Below, piece after piece: positions 28,801 to 43,800 of a stretch of 53,423 nt of DNA. Numbering within the stretch: the stretch's first letter is position 1; each line of letters opens with the position of its first letter. The stretch is from Lenisia limosa (taxonomy: Eukaryota > Protista > Breviatea). Where the stretch lies: NCBI GenBank assembly GCA_001655205.1, contig LPNZ01010302.1, forward strand, positions 1-53,423, given 5' to 3'. The translations under genes and the position numbers were made by a program. The notes under the pieces were generated by a model. It saw nothing but the letters and a program-made list of their open reading frames with translations, was not told the DNA's origin and did not search any database.

Positions 28801-31800
28801 GACTGAAGCGAGGCACATTGTTTACCCAGGGCACGACTCCCGTTGATGAGCTCCTTCACCCTGAGAATCTCTCCATTGTCAGTATGCTTGGATTACAGTG
28901 AATAGACCTTGCTATTTGACGACCCGTCTCCAAATGAAACCCTGCTGGAGTTCATTGTTACTGTTTTTCTCCTCCAACCGCACACCCCCTTAACCACGCA
29001 GAAACATGCCGCACACCCTTCCCCAAGAATGCTAAGGGCTTTTACGACGTCGAGCGCGATGAGGACTACGCCTCCAACACAAACTACGACTTAGTCACAT
29101 TCATCGACAATGAGATCATCGTAGGTGGTGATTTCTTTGCTTCTATCCTATGCTCTTTCATCTACACTCCATGTCTGTTTAATGAAAAAAATTACCATGA
29201 AGGTGACTGCGTGTTTCATTGGAGAGCCCCTTATCACCGGGCCCATCACCTGTGACGCTGAGACTGGAGAGTGGCCTATCGCTTGTGAAGGTTCGTCCTA
29301 TTTCGTTGTTATCATGTTATACCATATTAGCCCATATAAACCTCTAATGTTGAACTCTCGACTTCTTTTATATCTTCCAGGAGTGCCTTGCAACTACATT
29401 CCCGAAATTGAGCACGGTTCTATCCTCTGCCCTTCCGGTATCTCCAACGGACAGGTTCGTACCTTCGTGCATCCAATTTTGCCTCTTGCAAGCAATGTTC
29501 AGTGTGTTAGGCCCATAAAGCAAAGGATTATACCGCAGCAGTCATGGGTGCTCCTTTTTGAACATCGTATTTTCGATGAAGCAAAGCGTGAAGGTGTCGG
29601 TTTCTGACAATTTAGTATTGTGATGTGGTGTGTGATGCTGGTATTCAACATCAGTTCTCGTACTATCTCACTTGCGGCGATGATGGAGAATGGAATGACG
29701 ACTTCGAACCTTGTTACCGTGAGGGGGTGAATCCTTGGTGAATACTTGAAACTCTTTACATCACACTTGACTTATTTAGGACGCTGCATTGAACCGCCTG
29801 CTGAATTTAACTGTGACCTCACCCGAATCCATGACGCCGATGCTTGCAGAGCCCCGGAATGTGTTGGAGGGTGAATTGCATTTACTCCTCCTCCCTCATA
29901 AGTTTTAGCTCTTAAACAAAAATACTTCCGTAAAAACTCAGATTTCCCTTCATCGAAATTTCCTTCGTTTACCCCCCCCCCNNNNNNNNNNNNNNNNNNN
30001 NNNNNNNNNNNNNNNNNNNNNNNNNNNNNNNNNNNNNNNNNNNNNNNNNNNNNNNNNNNNNNNNNNNNNNNNNNNNNACGGAACTTGGGAAATGCCAGCC
30101 TGCATTGGTGGGTGCCGTCTTTAGCATTTCGTTACATAATACCTGGGCACATCGTATCAATAGTTTGTTTTCCACACCCTGACCGTACAGAGCCCTGCCA
30201 TCTCGCTGCCGATACGTTCTATCTTGAGAACGGCTTCTACAAGTGCCCCCTTCACCAGGTTAGTAATCAGTTCTTAGAACATTTGCAATTGCACCATAGC
30301 ATTCTTTTTGAAGGAGCAACAAGCTCACCAGTGTAGAACGCCTCAGACATTGTCATGGGTGAGGAGTGCTACGTGGTCTGTGACGCCGGCTATGAGGCAG
30401 TTGACACGTCCGTCATGTGCGGCGAGTTCGGCTTCCAAGGCGAATGCAAATGTGGGTTGCGGTAGTGCTTATCGGTAACCGACATGACTAAGGCTTGGTT
30501 TCGGTTCGAACAATACCAGTAAAATGCCTTTTTTTTATAGAACTTGAACCTCTTACACCCAGTGCCTTGCGAATTCACCCTTGCTGAGGGGATGGAAGTG
30601 GTCTCACCGTTGACTAAGCACTACAGTGACACCGCGGTGGAGGTTTGGGGGGTGGAAGGAGGGCCCATTTCTTGGTGTGTAATATTGTATTGAGTATAAT
30701 ATGGTGGACAAGCCCAGGAGTTCTTTTTGCTGGTGAACACTTTTAAGCCCACGTGCCTTCATAGTTTTCTTTATTCAAAATTGCTGAGGTTTCATGCCTG
30801 CAGGTGACATGCGTTGCTGAAGGGTCCGTCCCGTCTACACCCTTCCTTGAACTTTCCGAGTTCTGCGGCTATGAACAGCTCTTCTGTATTAGTAAGCGTC
30901 AAACATTTATATATCCTTGGGATCATGGGATCATGTTTGAAGACATCACATCACTGCATGCTTTTATATTTGTCATGAAACTCTTATTTACCGTCAGCCC
31001 CCTGTCAAATCCCCGACATTGCCAACGGTACTATCACTTGTGACTCAGGTGAGTACGTCAAGATTCTGCACTCTGTTCTATACCTTTTCCAACCTTGGAT
31101 GGCTTACCTTGTTTCGTTTCTAACCCCTCAGAAACTGTATCATCAGACTCGGCTTGCCAGCTCTCCTGCAAGCCAGGATACAAGAAAAGCCAGGAATACG
31201 TATGACGGTCTTTCTGTCACCTCCTCATCCATTTCCCTTTCCAACTGGTTCAGGTATCATGTGATGCGTACGGAGTTTGGCCTGACGTTGAGTGTGTCAG
31301 TATGAAGGAAATTAGTTATTGTGTCTCTTTTCCGTGTTTTTATTCGTGTTTTTACCAGTTACTAACGTTCCGTCGTCCTGTTTTTAGGCTGATTTGACCC
31401 CTCGCAGAGTCATGTGAAGTGTTCTCAGAGTCGGCATACTCGCTTCAGGGATACAACACATCCGTGACGCTCTACGTCGGAGATGAGGTCAACGTCATCT
31501 GTGACTCTGGTGCGTTGGGACTCTGCTGCCATCTTGTGCCTAAGTATCTTCAACGTGAAAATACTCAAACGGGCTCTGTGAAATTGAAGGAATCCTCAAA
31601 AATACTGAATGATATGAATTGAAAATCCTCAAAAAACTGAATGTAGTCTTCTTATTCCCAGGCACCATCGCATCACAAGCGGCTGTCACTTGTCTTGATG
31701 ACGGTACATGGCCAACAGATATCTCCTGCCTTGGTGAGGAATTAGCCTTTTCTTTTGGCAAAGTGAACATCTTGAGAGCGCAAGATGTGGGGGATTTTGG

Positions 31801-34800
31801 CAAAGTTAACATCTTGAGAGCGCAAGATGTGGGGGGATTTTGTAGACATTACTGATCTCCTTAGTCCAATGTCAGACCATCCCCTCTTCGAACCCCTACA
31901 CCATCTTATGCGATGGCGGTATTATGGGTCCTGATGACTCCGTCTGCAACGTCACCTGCAATTCCGAGACGGCTGTGGGGGGGGGGGGGGGNNNNNNNNN
32001 NNNNNNNNNNNNNNNNNNNNNNNNNNNNNNNNNNNNNNNNNNNNNNNNNNNNNNNNNNNNNNNNNNNNNNNNNNAGGGTTGGTAACAACAGAACAAACAA
32101 AGCCCAGGCCAGGCCTGTCGCTTCTGTCATATTCTAAAATATATTTAAATAATTAATGTCATTTTTTCGTATTTGCAGAAATCTAATCCTTTATTAATTT
32201 GATTGATAGAACTCTTTAGGCCAGATACCGATTCTTGTCAACTTGACTAGTGTTTTTACTTGGGCTTGGTTCACCTCACTAGATCCCGAAATCGACCTCA
32301 ATCACGTGTAACTCAGACGGCACCTGGGATGCTGAGTACTGTATAGGTGGGAGCTCTTTCGAAATTATTCTTTTTTTTTTCTTTTTTTTTATTATTTACC
32401 TTATGTAATTTTAAACTGTCAGCTGAGGATTTCTACGAATACGAGTTCCGCATAACCCAACAGATTATAATTCTTTTTCAATTTATGCGTTCATCCCCCT
32501 CCCAGAAATGGTACCTTGTGAGTCTGAACCAGTCTTCGAATTCGGATCGGTCTCCTGTGATTCAGGCTTCCCCGCTAATTACTTCTCCAACTGCTCCCTC
32601 TCTGTGGGTGGTTTCTTCATGACTTGGCTGGAAATGACCTGAACAGTATTCATGAGATTATGATGGCATGTTAACTCTGACCCTTCAGTGCGACGCTGGC
32701 TACGCAGCCGTTGTCGATGAAACTGTCCAGTGCTCGGTGTACGGTAGATGGACACTTCTGCCAGAGTCCTGCATCAGTGGGCTGGTGGTCTTGACCAACC
32801 GTCTTGTCTGAAGCCTCTTCTTTCAGCACATCAAGTCCAACACTAACCCCTGTGTAGAGATCTGCGATGCGATACCCGCCCCAATTGAACCGATGGTCAC
32901 GATGCCCCCTGGGCTAATCACGCCCGATTCGCTCCTTGCCCTGGATTGCGGGGACAGTGAGGATCGGTTCGTACAGTGCAACGCCGATGGATCCTGGCCC
33001 CTTGACAATTGCCCAGACATGGCAGGCACGTGTCCATCCCTGGTGGCTCCATCAGAAATGTCTATTTCATGCACTGCTGATGTCCCTACCTTCTCAGACT
33101 CATGCACGGTATGATAACTCAAAGCTTTGAGCTGCGAGAGTTATTTGAAATGCTTCGCGTTCAACAAATACCAAACGATATGAAAATATGCATATCATAT
33201 CATATCATATACTAATATATTGTATATACTAGTATGTAAAGTGACCGGGGTAAGTCTTGACCTATTTTCTATGGGAAATCACATAGCAAATCGGCCAAAA
33301 CTTATCCTGGTCGCTGTATATATAACAAGAACAGTACACTCAGAGCCTACCTCATCTGTTTATGTATTCTGTAGGTAGCGTTAATATGGTGTAATCATAC
33401 CTACCATTGAAGTATACGATGATTAGTTTTTATTATTATTATTATTATATGTAGGGCAAACGATTGGGTGAATTAATATTATGCTACAATTTAATATCTC
33501 TTAAAAGCGCGATGGTGTGGACGGCTTCGGCCAGATACACCTTTATTTTTTATTTCTCATTGCTATATTTTATTATTNNNNNNNNNNNNNNNNNNNNNNN
33601 NNNNNNNNNNNNNNNNNNNNNNNGATTTCATTCATCACCTCCAGTCCACGTGTACATCTGGTGTTTCTTCACACTCGATTTTCACCTGTCAATCTGGCGC
33701 ATGGCCTACATTGAAATGTCTCAACGAGTGCGGCGACATGCCTGCTCCCTTGGTTGCGGACTGTTCCTTGCCTTTGACTGAAGGACAAACTTGTCCTGTC
33801 TCCTGCCCCGTTGACCAAAGTACTGTATGTTGGGTAGTATGGCCTCTGTACAAGCATATGATATACTAACAGCCTTGTTGAGGTTATTCTTAAAGCAAAC
33901 TCCATTTGTCAAGAGAGATTCCTTCAACTCACCCCATCAGTCGTCCGACTCAGACGCTGTGTGCGGCCCTTCAGGATGGACCAACCTCCCTACTTGCACC
34001 GGTTGGCTGACAATCCTTTTCACCGCCAACTCATTGTTGCATAGTATATTATATAACTCATTTCATGTTCCAGCTGTTTGTGACACCGTGACTGCCGGTA
34101 TTGCCAAGGTCACTGATCTCGAAGTCTCAAGCGTCGCCCTCATGGGCTCCGATTATACGGTAAATGGACACTCATGAGAAGCAAAGAGCAGAATCGCAGG
34201 TGTAACGCATCAGGTCGTATGCCCCACTGGTCAAGCCGCCACACAGAGCACCGTGTCATGCGAGGCTGACGGGTCTTGGTTCAATGACATTTACTGTAGT
34301 ATGCGGGTTGGATACATGATGGTCGAGTGAATCCTTCATTGTTTATCCTCTAATTCATGGATGATCGAACGTTACTCCGGTCTGATACCCTAGTTGACTA
34401 CACGGCTTGCACAACCCCCCAGTACGGGCTGGACCTGACATGTGCCAACGCCACGTCTTTAGAACCCGGCCAAATGTGCACTTTCGACTGTGTCAACGGC
34501 ACCCGGTTCCGAGGCGATAACTCCGTAAGCTTTCTTCAAAGATTGTTATGATATTGTACTCTCTTCTTCCAATACTTTTCATGCTCTCTTCTTCCAATAC
34601 TTTTCATGCTCTCTTCTTCCAATACTTTTCATTCTCTCTTCTTCCAATACTTTTCATGCTCTCTTCTTCCAATACTTTTCATGCTCTCTTCTTCCAATAC
34701 ACGGATGGGTGAAATGACTGGTTGGATTGCACTCAGCTTGACACCAATAACCAGACTTACTCTTGCAGGTCAACGCAACTTGTGAAGTTGATGGCACGTG

Positions 34801-37800
34801 GCCGACTATCTGTGTCAGTATGCGTTGGGAGCCTTTTTTGTCTTTTGCACTCTCATGTGCTACGAAACCGGCAAATAATCTCCTCTCTCCTCATGTAAAG
34901 TTTTCCGTTATATTTGAATGGTACTCACGCATATACATCCAAGATTAACGTATCTGATATATTCGACAGTATTTCGTCAGATAACCTCTTTAATCAACAG
35001 ATCCCTGCGCCGCTCCCAACATGACCCTTGTTACTTTCGATTGTCCGGAATATGCCCTAGCTGTCGGAGATGTCTGTAATGCCACGTGCCCTGACGAGAT
35101 GTACCCTTCAGTTGTATGATTGCTGACTACAAACAGAAATCTTCCGTTTATTGTGCAAACCTAACCGCCACAGGAGCAATCCACATGTTCTGAAGAGTCT
35201 GTGTGGACCGCAGTTGTCTGTGACTACCACTACTGTTCGGCCAGCCTCCCCGCCAATACTGTGATCTCTGATCCGACGTCGCTGATTGTCAACAGAAACC
35301 AGTCCTTCACTTGCGAGCCGACTTACGACTCTGAACTCACTCAGGTTGGCAACATTGTCTCATTCAACTTGATACAGTATTTCATTGTGGCTTGGTAGCA
35401 TTACTCATTCGGATCTCCATTTACTTACACTTATTGTCTTGTTTTCTGTTAACATCCAGATTACCTGTGATGACCTCGGCAACTGGCCTGACGAAGTGTG
35501 TATCAAGACCTGTGCGCCTCCCACTGACGCCATTATGACCTTCAACTGCTCGGATAAGATCTACAAGGGCGACACATGCATCACGGCCTGTCCCTACAGC
35601 CACTACACTAACACAACCGAGGTGACCTGTCTTGATGACGGCACATGGTCTGTTTCCGAGTGTATTGCCAAGCCCTTCTGTAACGGCACCGAAACCGAAG
35701 AAATGACCTTCGCTTCCAACACCACGATCGTGTTTGACTACGACACCGTGACTTGCAAGCCTGGCTACAAGGCTCGGTCCCATTCCGAGCTCAGCCTCAT
35801 GTGTTCTTCTGACACAACCTGGCCGGAAACTCCGTGCAGACGTGGGTTGCTGCCTTCTCTTCTTTGTATTTGTCTATGCCTTGAGACTATTTAACTTTTC
35901 CAGCTTATTGTGAGACTCCGACTCAGACTGACACGTTCTTCCAATGCCCCTCACTTCCGCACCTTGAGAACGACAGATGCAATGTCACCTGTGGTGCCAA
36001 TCAGTACCCCGACTCGGTAGCTGGGATGTTGCCCTAAACATTGCTTCTTTTCTTCAGGCATATGATAAACGCTACTCCCAGTGTTACTCTTTATCATCCC
36101 CCCCCCCCCCNNNNNNNNNNNNNNNNNNNNNNNNNNNNNNNNNNNNNNNNNNNNNNNNNNNNNNNNNNNNNNNNNNNNNNNNNNNNNNNNNNNNNNNNNN
36201 NNNNNNNNNNNNNNNNNNNNNNNNNNNNNNNCTATCAACGTCACCGTTTCTGTTGACTTCACCTGTAGCGGCCAAAACGAGCCCAATGTCGACCAAGTTG
36301 GCTGTGGTTCCATTGGTAAATAGCTTTTACACTCGTTTTCATATTGTGTTGCTTCTCTTATGGATATTATATTTAATTTACCTAATTAGGTTGCCTGTAA
36401 TCTTGCTGGGGTTTGGGATACTCAGCCTTGCCAACCCGTCTGTCTCCCTCCAGCTGTCAGCAACATGACGTTTGTATGCCCTGAAGGAAACCTCTTTGAA
36501 GGCTCCATCTGTGTCTCCTCATGTCCCTACACGCATTACGCCAAGTTTGCCAACGTGACCTGCTTGGGTACCATGCTCTGGTCTGTGAATGAGTGTGTTG
36601 CAAAAGAAGTCTGTACAACTGAGCAGATCGATTCAACAACCTACGACGACGCGCCTGTTCTGGCCGGTGACGCTACCAATGTAACGTGCCGCACCGGCTT
36701 CGACTCATTCGAGGAAGATGGCCAAGTCGTGTGCTTGGTCAACGGAGAGTTCGACCTTTCTCCTTGCAAGTGTGAGTGGGGTACTTGGTCAATAATTTTA
36801 TCCTCTCTTCTTCTGAAGTTGGAATTTGGACTTTTCTACTCTGAGAAAAGGGCTTAACATTACTGCTCTGTTTTATGATTATTTTCTTCCATCACCACAC
36901 AGCTATCTGCGCTGCACCCGTATCTGAAGCCGACTTCCAATGTAACTCCACGGCCTCCCACTTTGACCACACCGTCTGTGTTCCGTCTTGCCATGCCGGC
37001 CATTATCCATCTGAGGTTTGCTTTGAGTCACTTGATATGAACCTCAGTGATCTTTAAATATTTTGAGAATCTTGCTCGATTTGAACTCCATTTTGATTTC
37101 TATGCAATAATTAATCTCCACGCGGTCGGTATTGTTGTGAAAGGCTTCTGTTGGGCTTCGTTTGACTCTTCCTTTTTAGGTTGAAATCCGCTGTGCCACT
37201 CACCTCTGGTCAGCTGACGTTACCTGTATAGGTTGGTCTTGGTAATGGTTAATTTTATTCAACCCTAATATCCTGTTCATATGATTAACGCACTCAGAGA
37301 TTGAGTCAGTGCCAAGAAACGTAACCTACAGTCTCGATACCCTGAGTGTTTCCTGGGAGGCTTCAACCCAAACTTCTCTCTACCACGTAAGCTCCAGTTT
37401 CCTGCTCTAGGCAGATTATCAACTATTTTTTCTTCCCCCTTCTATCCTTGAGACGAATAGGATGAAAACTATTGTTATTTCTCGAAAGAATGTTGCCCCG
37501 AATCATCTCAACAGGTCCTCATTGCTGCCACTGAGTCCTCCTTGGTCCTCTACAACAACACCATCTCTGACACCTTTGTCAGCATCACGATGGTCCATCG
37601 GTTTGCGAGACAAAGTGCCTATTCTTTCCCACTCACGAATAAACTCTTTCAATATTGTCCTCACCATCTTACCCACTTTTTAGTGCAACTTTGGTCATCA
37701 CCGTCACCCCTATTGTGGTGTTCAGAGGCGAAGACGTTTACGCCACCAACATGCCCAACACGACAGTGTACAGCCCTGCTCTGCACCCTGTTGTGGACAT

Positions 37801-40800
37801 CCTGGTTGGCAATGGAGTGGTCATTGGTAATATTGGAGTTTTGTATTTATTTTTTCTTCTTGATTTTTCCTCCTTGTGGATACTTTCTTCACCTTAACAC
37901 CCTCAGGCCAGCAACACGACTCATGAGTCATTTGACTTGTCATGGGCTCTCCCGGACGCCTACTACACCGTTGATGAACTGGACTTTGTCGTGTCAGTGG
38001 TCGTTGATGGGGTTGAAAGAGAAGACGTTGATGTTGAAGAACTGTCCATCCACGTTTCTGGCCTGACAGGCCTTTCTAACGTCACTGTGTTCGTCTCTTC
38101 TTGCTTCCTCACTTTGTGTACCGAGAAGCAAAACATCACCTGGACCACCTTACCCACACTTCCCTTTAAACCTGAAAACGTTACTGCACAAGCTACGAGT
38201 ACTCTGATTTCCCTGACCTGGGATTATGACGTCATTTATGCCACAGGTGAACGTTTGTTGTCTTTACCAAAACACCAGCCCACCAATGGAGCCCTATTGT
38301 CTATTTATATCGCATAACAAGTTAAAAACCAGTTAGGGAATGTGGAGGGAGGTGCTCTAAAAGTGAATGTAGAAGTATAAATCAAAACAGGGTGACTTGG
38401 ATAGTCCGTGAATTGATTTTTTTTTTTTTCTTTCGAAATAAGGGTAAACCTTATTTCTTATTGTTTTGTTTCTACGCAACCTTTGTCTGTTTTGTTATTT
38501 CTGAAATAAAACTGTTGTTAAACACACTTCTGCATTTAAAACTTTTTTTGTTCCCATTCGAGATTTCACCTTGATTTTACTCACCCTTCTTAGGACCGTG
38601 TCACTTCGAGTACTACACAACTCTCGATTCCAGCTGGGTACAAGTCCTCTCAGCTTCGGTCAACATTTCCCCTGGTGACCTTTCACAAATGAAATTCGCT
38701 GTGCGTACCACGTGTCAAGCGGGATCCTCTGATGACGTGTCCGTGACGGTAGTGGTCCCCCCGCCTCCTCCCAGCGCTCCTGTTGTCATATCGGTCGTGG
38801 TAAGCCCGGGTGACAAGACTGTTAATTGCAGCGATAGAGATAGTATCATTGAGCGTCACCCTTTCTTTTCAGGCATCTGGAGAGCCCGAGGACCCCGTTG
38901 CCTACTCGGTCGGGGACAAGGTCGTCTTCACTTTTAACAAGAACACCAACATGCCCACTCATAACACAGCTGGTGGGTACCTCAAGTTCATACTTCAATC
39001 AGATAAACGCCGGAAACACTCTTTTTGCGTTATTTTCTCCTCACCCCTGCGGCAGATGTCATCGGAGAGTTCTCCTCGGATTGGACAGTTGAATGGAACG
39101 ATGCGAAGACTTTGGTCTTTATAGTAAACTCTACCATTGACCCGACACCTGTTATTGGAACCAAGACTTTCACCATTTCTTCGGCTGCTGGCATCAAGGT
39201 AATGGATAAAATCCCGTTCTGAACCAACTTGAGGGTCTTTCTCATTTCGCAGGATGAGACTGAGGAATCTGAGGTGACTTCTGGAGTGACACCAACGCTG
39301 ACCGGCAGCTGGGGAACTCTTGCAGAGGCACCTATCACTGTCTCCCTTGCTGTCAACGTCACTACTGTAAGCAGAGAATTCATGCTATTAAGTTTGTGAT
39401 TGTGATGAAGTTTGAATTTTACTATTTCGCAATACCCATGCTCCAGATTGCTTTGACTGAAGATCAATCTCGCAATGGCCTTCCTCTCACAATCGAAACC
39501 AACACCCCGGGTTTGCTGGGTTTATACTTCAAGATGATATTTCTGCGGGGTTTTTTTTTTAACCTGTTTCAGATGCCGAGATCCAAATTGAGCTAAACAG
39601 CGACCACTCCACTATCATAACTCCAACGGCAAGAAGAAGTGACATTATCACTGCCGGTGATGCTACCGAGTGGTTTGGAAGAGTAGGCGTGGGTACTTGA
39701 CACTTTCTTCTCAGCAATACGCTGCTTCATTGATGGATTCTAATGTTGTAAGGTTGAAGTTATCCCCGACTTGGACTACTCAGGACCCGACACCTTGTCT
39801 TGTCGCATTACCGACGTGCTCAACGATGTGGTGAGGGGAAGGGATGCCCAACGATGTTGTGAGGGGAAGGGATGCCCAACGATGTTGTGAGGGGAAGGGA
39901 TAAATAAAACAACATCATGGACATCTTTGATTTTGTTTTATTAAGGTTAAATATTGAGTGATTTGTTCTTTTTTTGCGCTACCTTGTTTTATGAAATAGC
40001 ATCAGCCTTAATACAAGACACTCCTTTCACCTATTCAGGTGGTCTTCGAGAGCTCCTTCCCCATTTACGTTGAGAGAATCATTGATCCGGTTATCTTCTC
40101 TGCTACCACTTTGAGCGTTGTCCCGACTGGTGGTTCCGTCTTTAATGTTTTCTCCCTTAGCAGCCCCGATGCGGTTAACTCTGATGTGGTAAGATCTGAA
40201 TCTTTGATTTGTTGGATAAAGGACGAAGGGGTTAAAAAAAATAACGTTTCTCATATTACTCACTCATATATTCCACTTGGAAATAGTTCTGTGGAGGGGG
40301 AACTGATATTTCAGCTTGAGCCAGATACTTCCTTTTCAGTGTATAAATCGATAGAATATGATCATAAAAAAAACAACCTGCTCTTATAATATTCCTAGAT
40401 TACCCTGGAACTGAAATCGACTGATGGTGAACTGAGTGTTAACTCTTCTCTCGTTGCAGTCTCTGAAGTATGCTTGAGGGGGGGGGGGTCATAAATATCG
40501 ATATTTTATGGTTTTTGTTTTTGAACACAATTTAATTATTGCTCTCTAGATTTCTCGAGGATTCTCTCTCTATGGAACCTTGGCAAATATCAAACTTGCG
40601 GCGATCTCCACCAAATGTATGAAAATAGTGACGAATTACTCTGTGCTGGAGTTTACTTGTTTTTCCTCACATTCTAGTTGTGCCTTCTGAGGACAGTATC
40701 ATCTCCGGTACTGCAACCATCTCCGGGCTGACTATCTTCAGTGAAGTCACTGCGACAACTATAGTGAGGAGGCATATCGGGGATTTGCTTTCTATTGTGT

Positions 40801-43800
40801 TCTCTTTAGTCCAGGGAGAAAGACCAAGGTTGTAGCTTACACCCCCACTCCCACAGGTATCAGTCAACATTACCTGCCCTGGAACAACCCCTGACTTAAC
40901 CTCGGCAACTCTGATGGGTTCTGCTCTTCTTGTACTGGAGTTCTCCGGGCCTGTTTACCTTCCAACCGCCCCGACCGTAGCAGACGTCTTGAAGGACTCT
41001 TCCGTTATAGGTGTAGCTCCGGTATGTTACCAATCGTCGTATCTGACAAGCTGTTTCTCTTCACACGATGATTATGATTATATACCCAGCAATTGTTATT
41101 GATTGTTGGCCAGGTTAACATATAATACTCCATTTACTCCTCCAGACTACTGCCCTCACGACCACCACCGCCACTACTATTACGATGGCCCTCAGCAGCT
41201 CAGCCACCATTCGTGTTGGGGACAGCGTTGAGACCAAGGCAGACTCATTGGCTGTGTGCCTTGGTGCCTCGCCTTCTCTTCCCACACTCGTAAGCGACAG
41301 ACAGTTCAGCACATAATACCCATATCTGTTGTTTTTTTTCTTGGCATTCTTTAGTTTTCTAACCCGACAGACTGCGTCACTGACATCTACTTCCACTTCC
41401 ACTGTTTCCATTGAAGGATCGTCCACTGTGCCAAGATGCTCGAACTCCAGCTTGACGTTCTCGGCCTTAGCTACCAACCTTGGTGCAGTGTCCCCTCTGA
41501 ACGTTGTTTGGGCCGTTGACAATGTCGACCAAAGCAGCCTGGTCATTGATGGACTAACTATGACAATCAGCGCGGCCGCTGTGCCATCAGAAAGTTTCAA
41601 CGTTTCCGTTGTGGTGGATACCATTTACGGTTCCTCCGCCGAGGCCGCTTTTGAAGTTACTCTTGAGGTTGGTGCCTTTTTTATTATTATATGAAGTTCC
41701 ACCTATTCACCTGTTCTCACATTTTAGGAAATTGCATTCTCAGTGGGAGTACAGTCCGCTCTCTCCACTTCGCAAAAGTCCTTCGAGGCTTCCATGCTTA
41801 TCACCGATGCCTGTAATGATACTACTATCTCGACCTATGAGTGGGCTTCTTCTCCAGCTGTTGATCAGAGTTGCAATTTGGCGTCATGTGTTTTCGATTT
41901 CTCCGCTCTCTCGGCGGGAACGGTTGTGACTATTTCTGTAAAGGCTATTAGCGATCTTGGTACGGCTACAAGTTCACAATCAATTACCTACACACCTCTT
42001 CCTCCCGTCATGTCATTCACAACTTCTCGTGTTTTCTTGGTTACTGCCAAGACAGCCCTTACTACCGCTGTCTCTTCTGGCGTTTCAGGCAATAACTTGA
42101 CTATTGTTTACACTTGCACAGCCTTTGATAACTCGGACTGTGGTTTCCCTATCGGTTCTACTGGTGTGGACTTCTCTTCTGCCTTCCCTGGGGTGTACAC
42201 TGTCTTTGCCTCTTCTACAGACCCTATTACTGGACTTTCTTCTCAAGTTCAGCAATTTGTGGAGGTGACCAGAGCCTCCTTCGCGGTTGACGTCACCACC
42301 ATGCTTCAAGGAACCCAGCTTACTAACACTAACACTGGGCGTCTTATTGCCTCCATCATCGGTACCCCCAGTTTGCCTCTGACCTACAAGTGGACTCTTG
42401 AAGACTCTTCCTTGACTTCTTCTTCCTCTATCTTGGTTTTGCCTTTTGACTTCACCGTCGGCACTCACAGCGCAACACTCTCTGTTACTGACAACTTCGG
42501 ATCAGTCGCATCCAGTTCAGTTCAGTTCATTTCCGCCCAGCCTCCCCTCGTGACTTATCTGTCCGTTAGTCAGTCTGAGGACACTGTCATGGTTACTGCT
42601 CAGGGTGGGACGAGCTTTATTGCTGAAGATCCAGCCCTGTTCTACGCTGTGTACCTTGACGACACAATTGTCACCCCCTTCCAACCCAACCCGGTGCTCT
42701 ACTTCACTCTTGACTCATTTATGACCGGACAGCTCTCTGTCATGGTCAGAGACTCCCTCGGCGGTCAAACATCGACTGACTTCTCTGCCACTGTACCCGA
42801 GACCACTGTGGCTCTCAAGTCGGCCCTCACGTCCTTCAAACAAACAGGCAACACCCTCAGTTTGGTCAACTCCGTAAGTGGTGTCCTCTCGGCCCAGAAC
42901 ATCACTGATGCTGATGTCTCCACTGCCGTTGTCATTCTGAAGAAACTCAGCAGCCAAGCACCACGGCCTGCTTTGAGTATGGCTGCTGCTAAGGTATCGG
43001 ATTACGACATCGAGGAAAGCAGACTTATCTTACAACAAGCTCAAATCGAGATATCTGGTCTTTCAGAAAAGGAAACTGAGAAGGCCATTGAGGCCACCCT
43101 TGTTACTTACAGCTCCCTTTCGCAAACGTTCTCTTCACCCTTCCCTCTGAGTAACCTCCCTGGAGGCTTCAACAACGAGACCAGTGATCTTTGTGACGTC
43201 ATGGACTCAGTCAGGCTCCTTGCTATCAAAATGATCAACACCTTGACGTTCACCAGCGGCGATCTGCACTCTGAGCTTTCCGACCACTTCACCGTGGTAA
43301 CTAGCCGAATGACACGCAATGGAGTCGTCGATATTCAAGGCTCCCAATTTGTTGCCCATTCAGCCGAATCTGTGGTCATAATCGCAGTTGACAGTTCTCT
43401 CTATCCCACTTCGCTCGGTATCTACCTTCCGGAATTCGTGTTCGAGATCATTTCCGATGCTAAGACCACATTCCTTTCTGAGTCTTCCAAGCGTGAAGCC
43501 GCCCCTTGCCCCACCTGCGAAATGGCCTGTCTTTCAGTTGTTGATGGCGAGTGGACGGTCAGTGAAGCCGATTTATCCGGCTCCAGGCCCGCATGTGTGG
43601 TCCCCAAGAGTGGCGTTGTCGCCTACGGATGGGCGGAATGTGGCAACGCAACACTCGAGTGCCATTGCGGAAACGGTGTGGTTGACGCCTCTGAAGACTG
43701 CGATAACGATTCCGAAGACTGTGTCAACTGTATGGCAACTCCCGGCCATGCCTGTCTCGACAACGAGTGCTCCAGCGTTCCCTCCAAGAAATGCTTCGAA

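Larger units (their letters stand above)
29000..37230 (+). other. Long sushi/CCP array (~20 domains, mixed 6-Cys and 4-Cys types)
   Basis: Repeated C..P..G...C....C...C..GY......C..DG.W....C, for example VTCLDDGTWPTDISC, VQCNADGSWPLDNC, CPYSHYTNTTEVTCLDDGTWSVSEC. The count is approximate. Confidence 0.85.
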
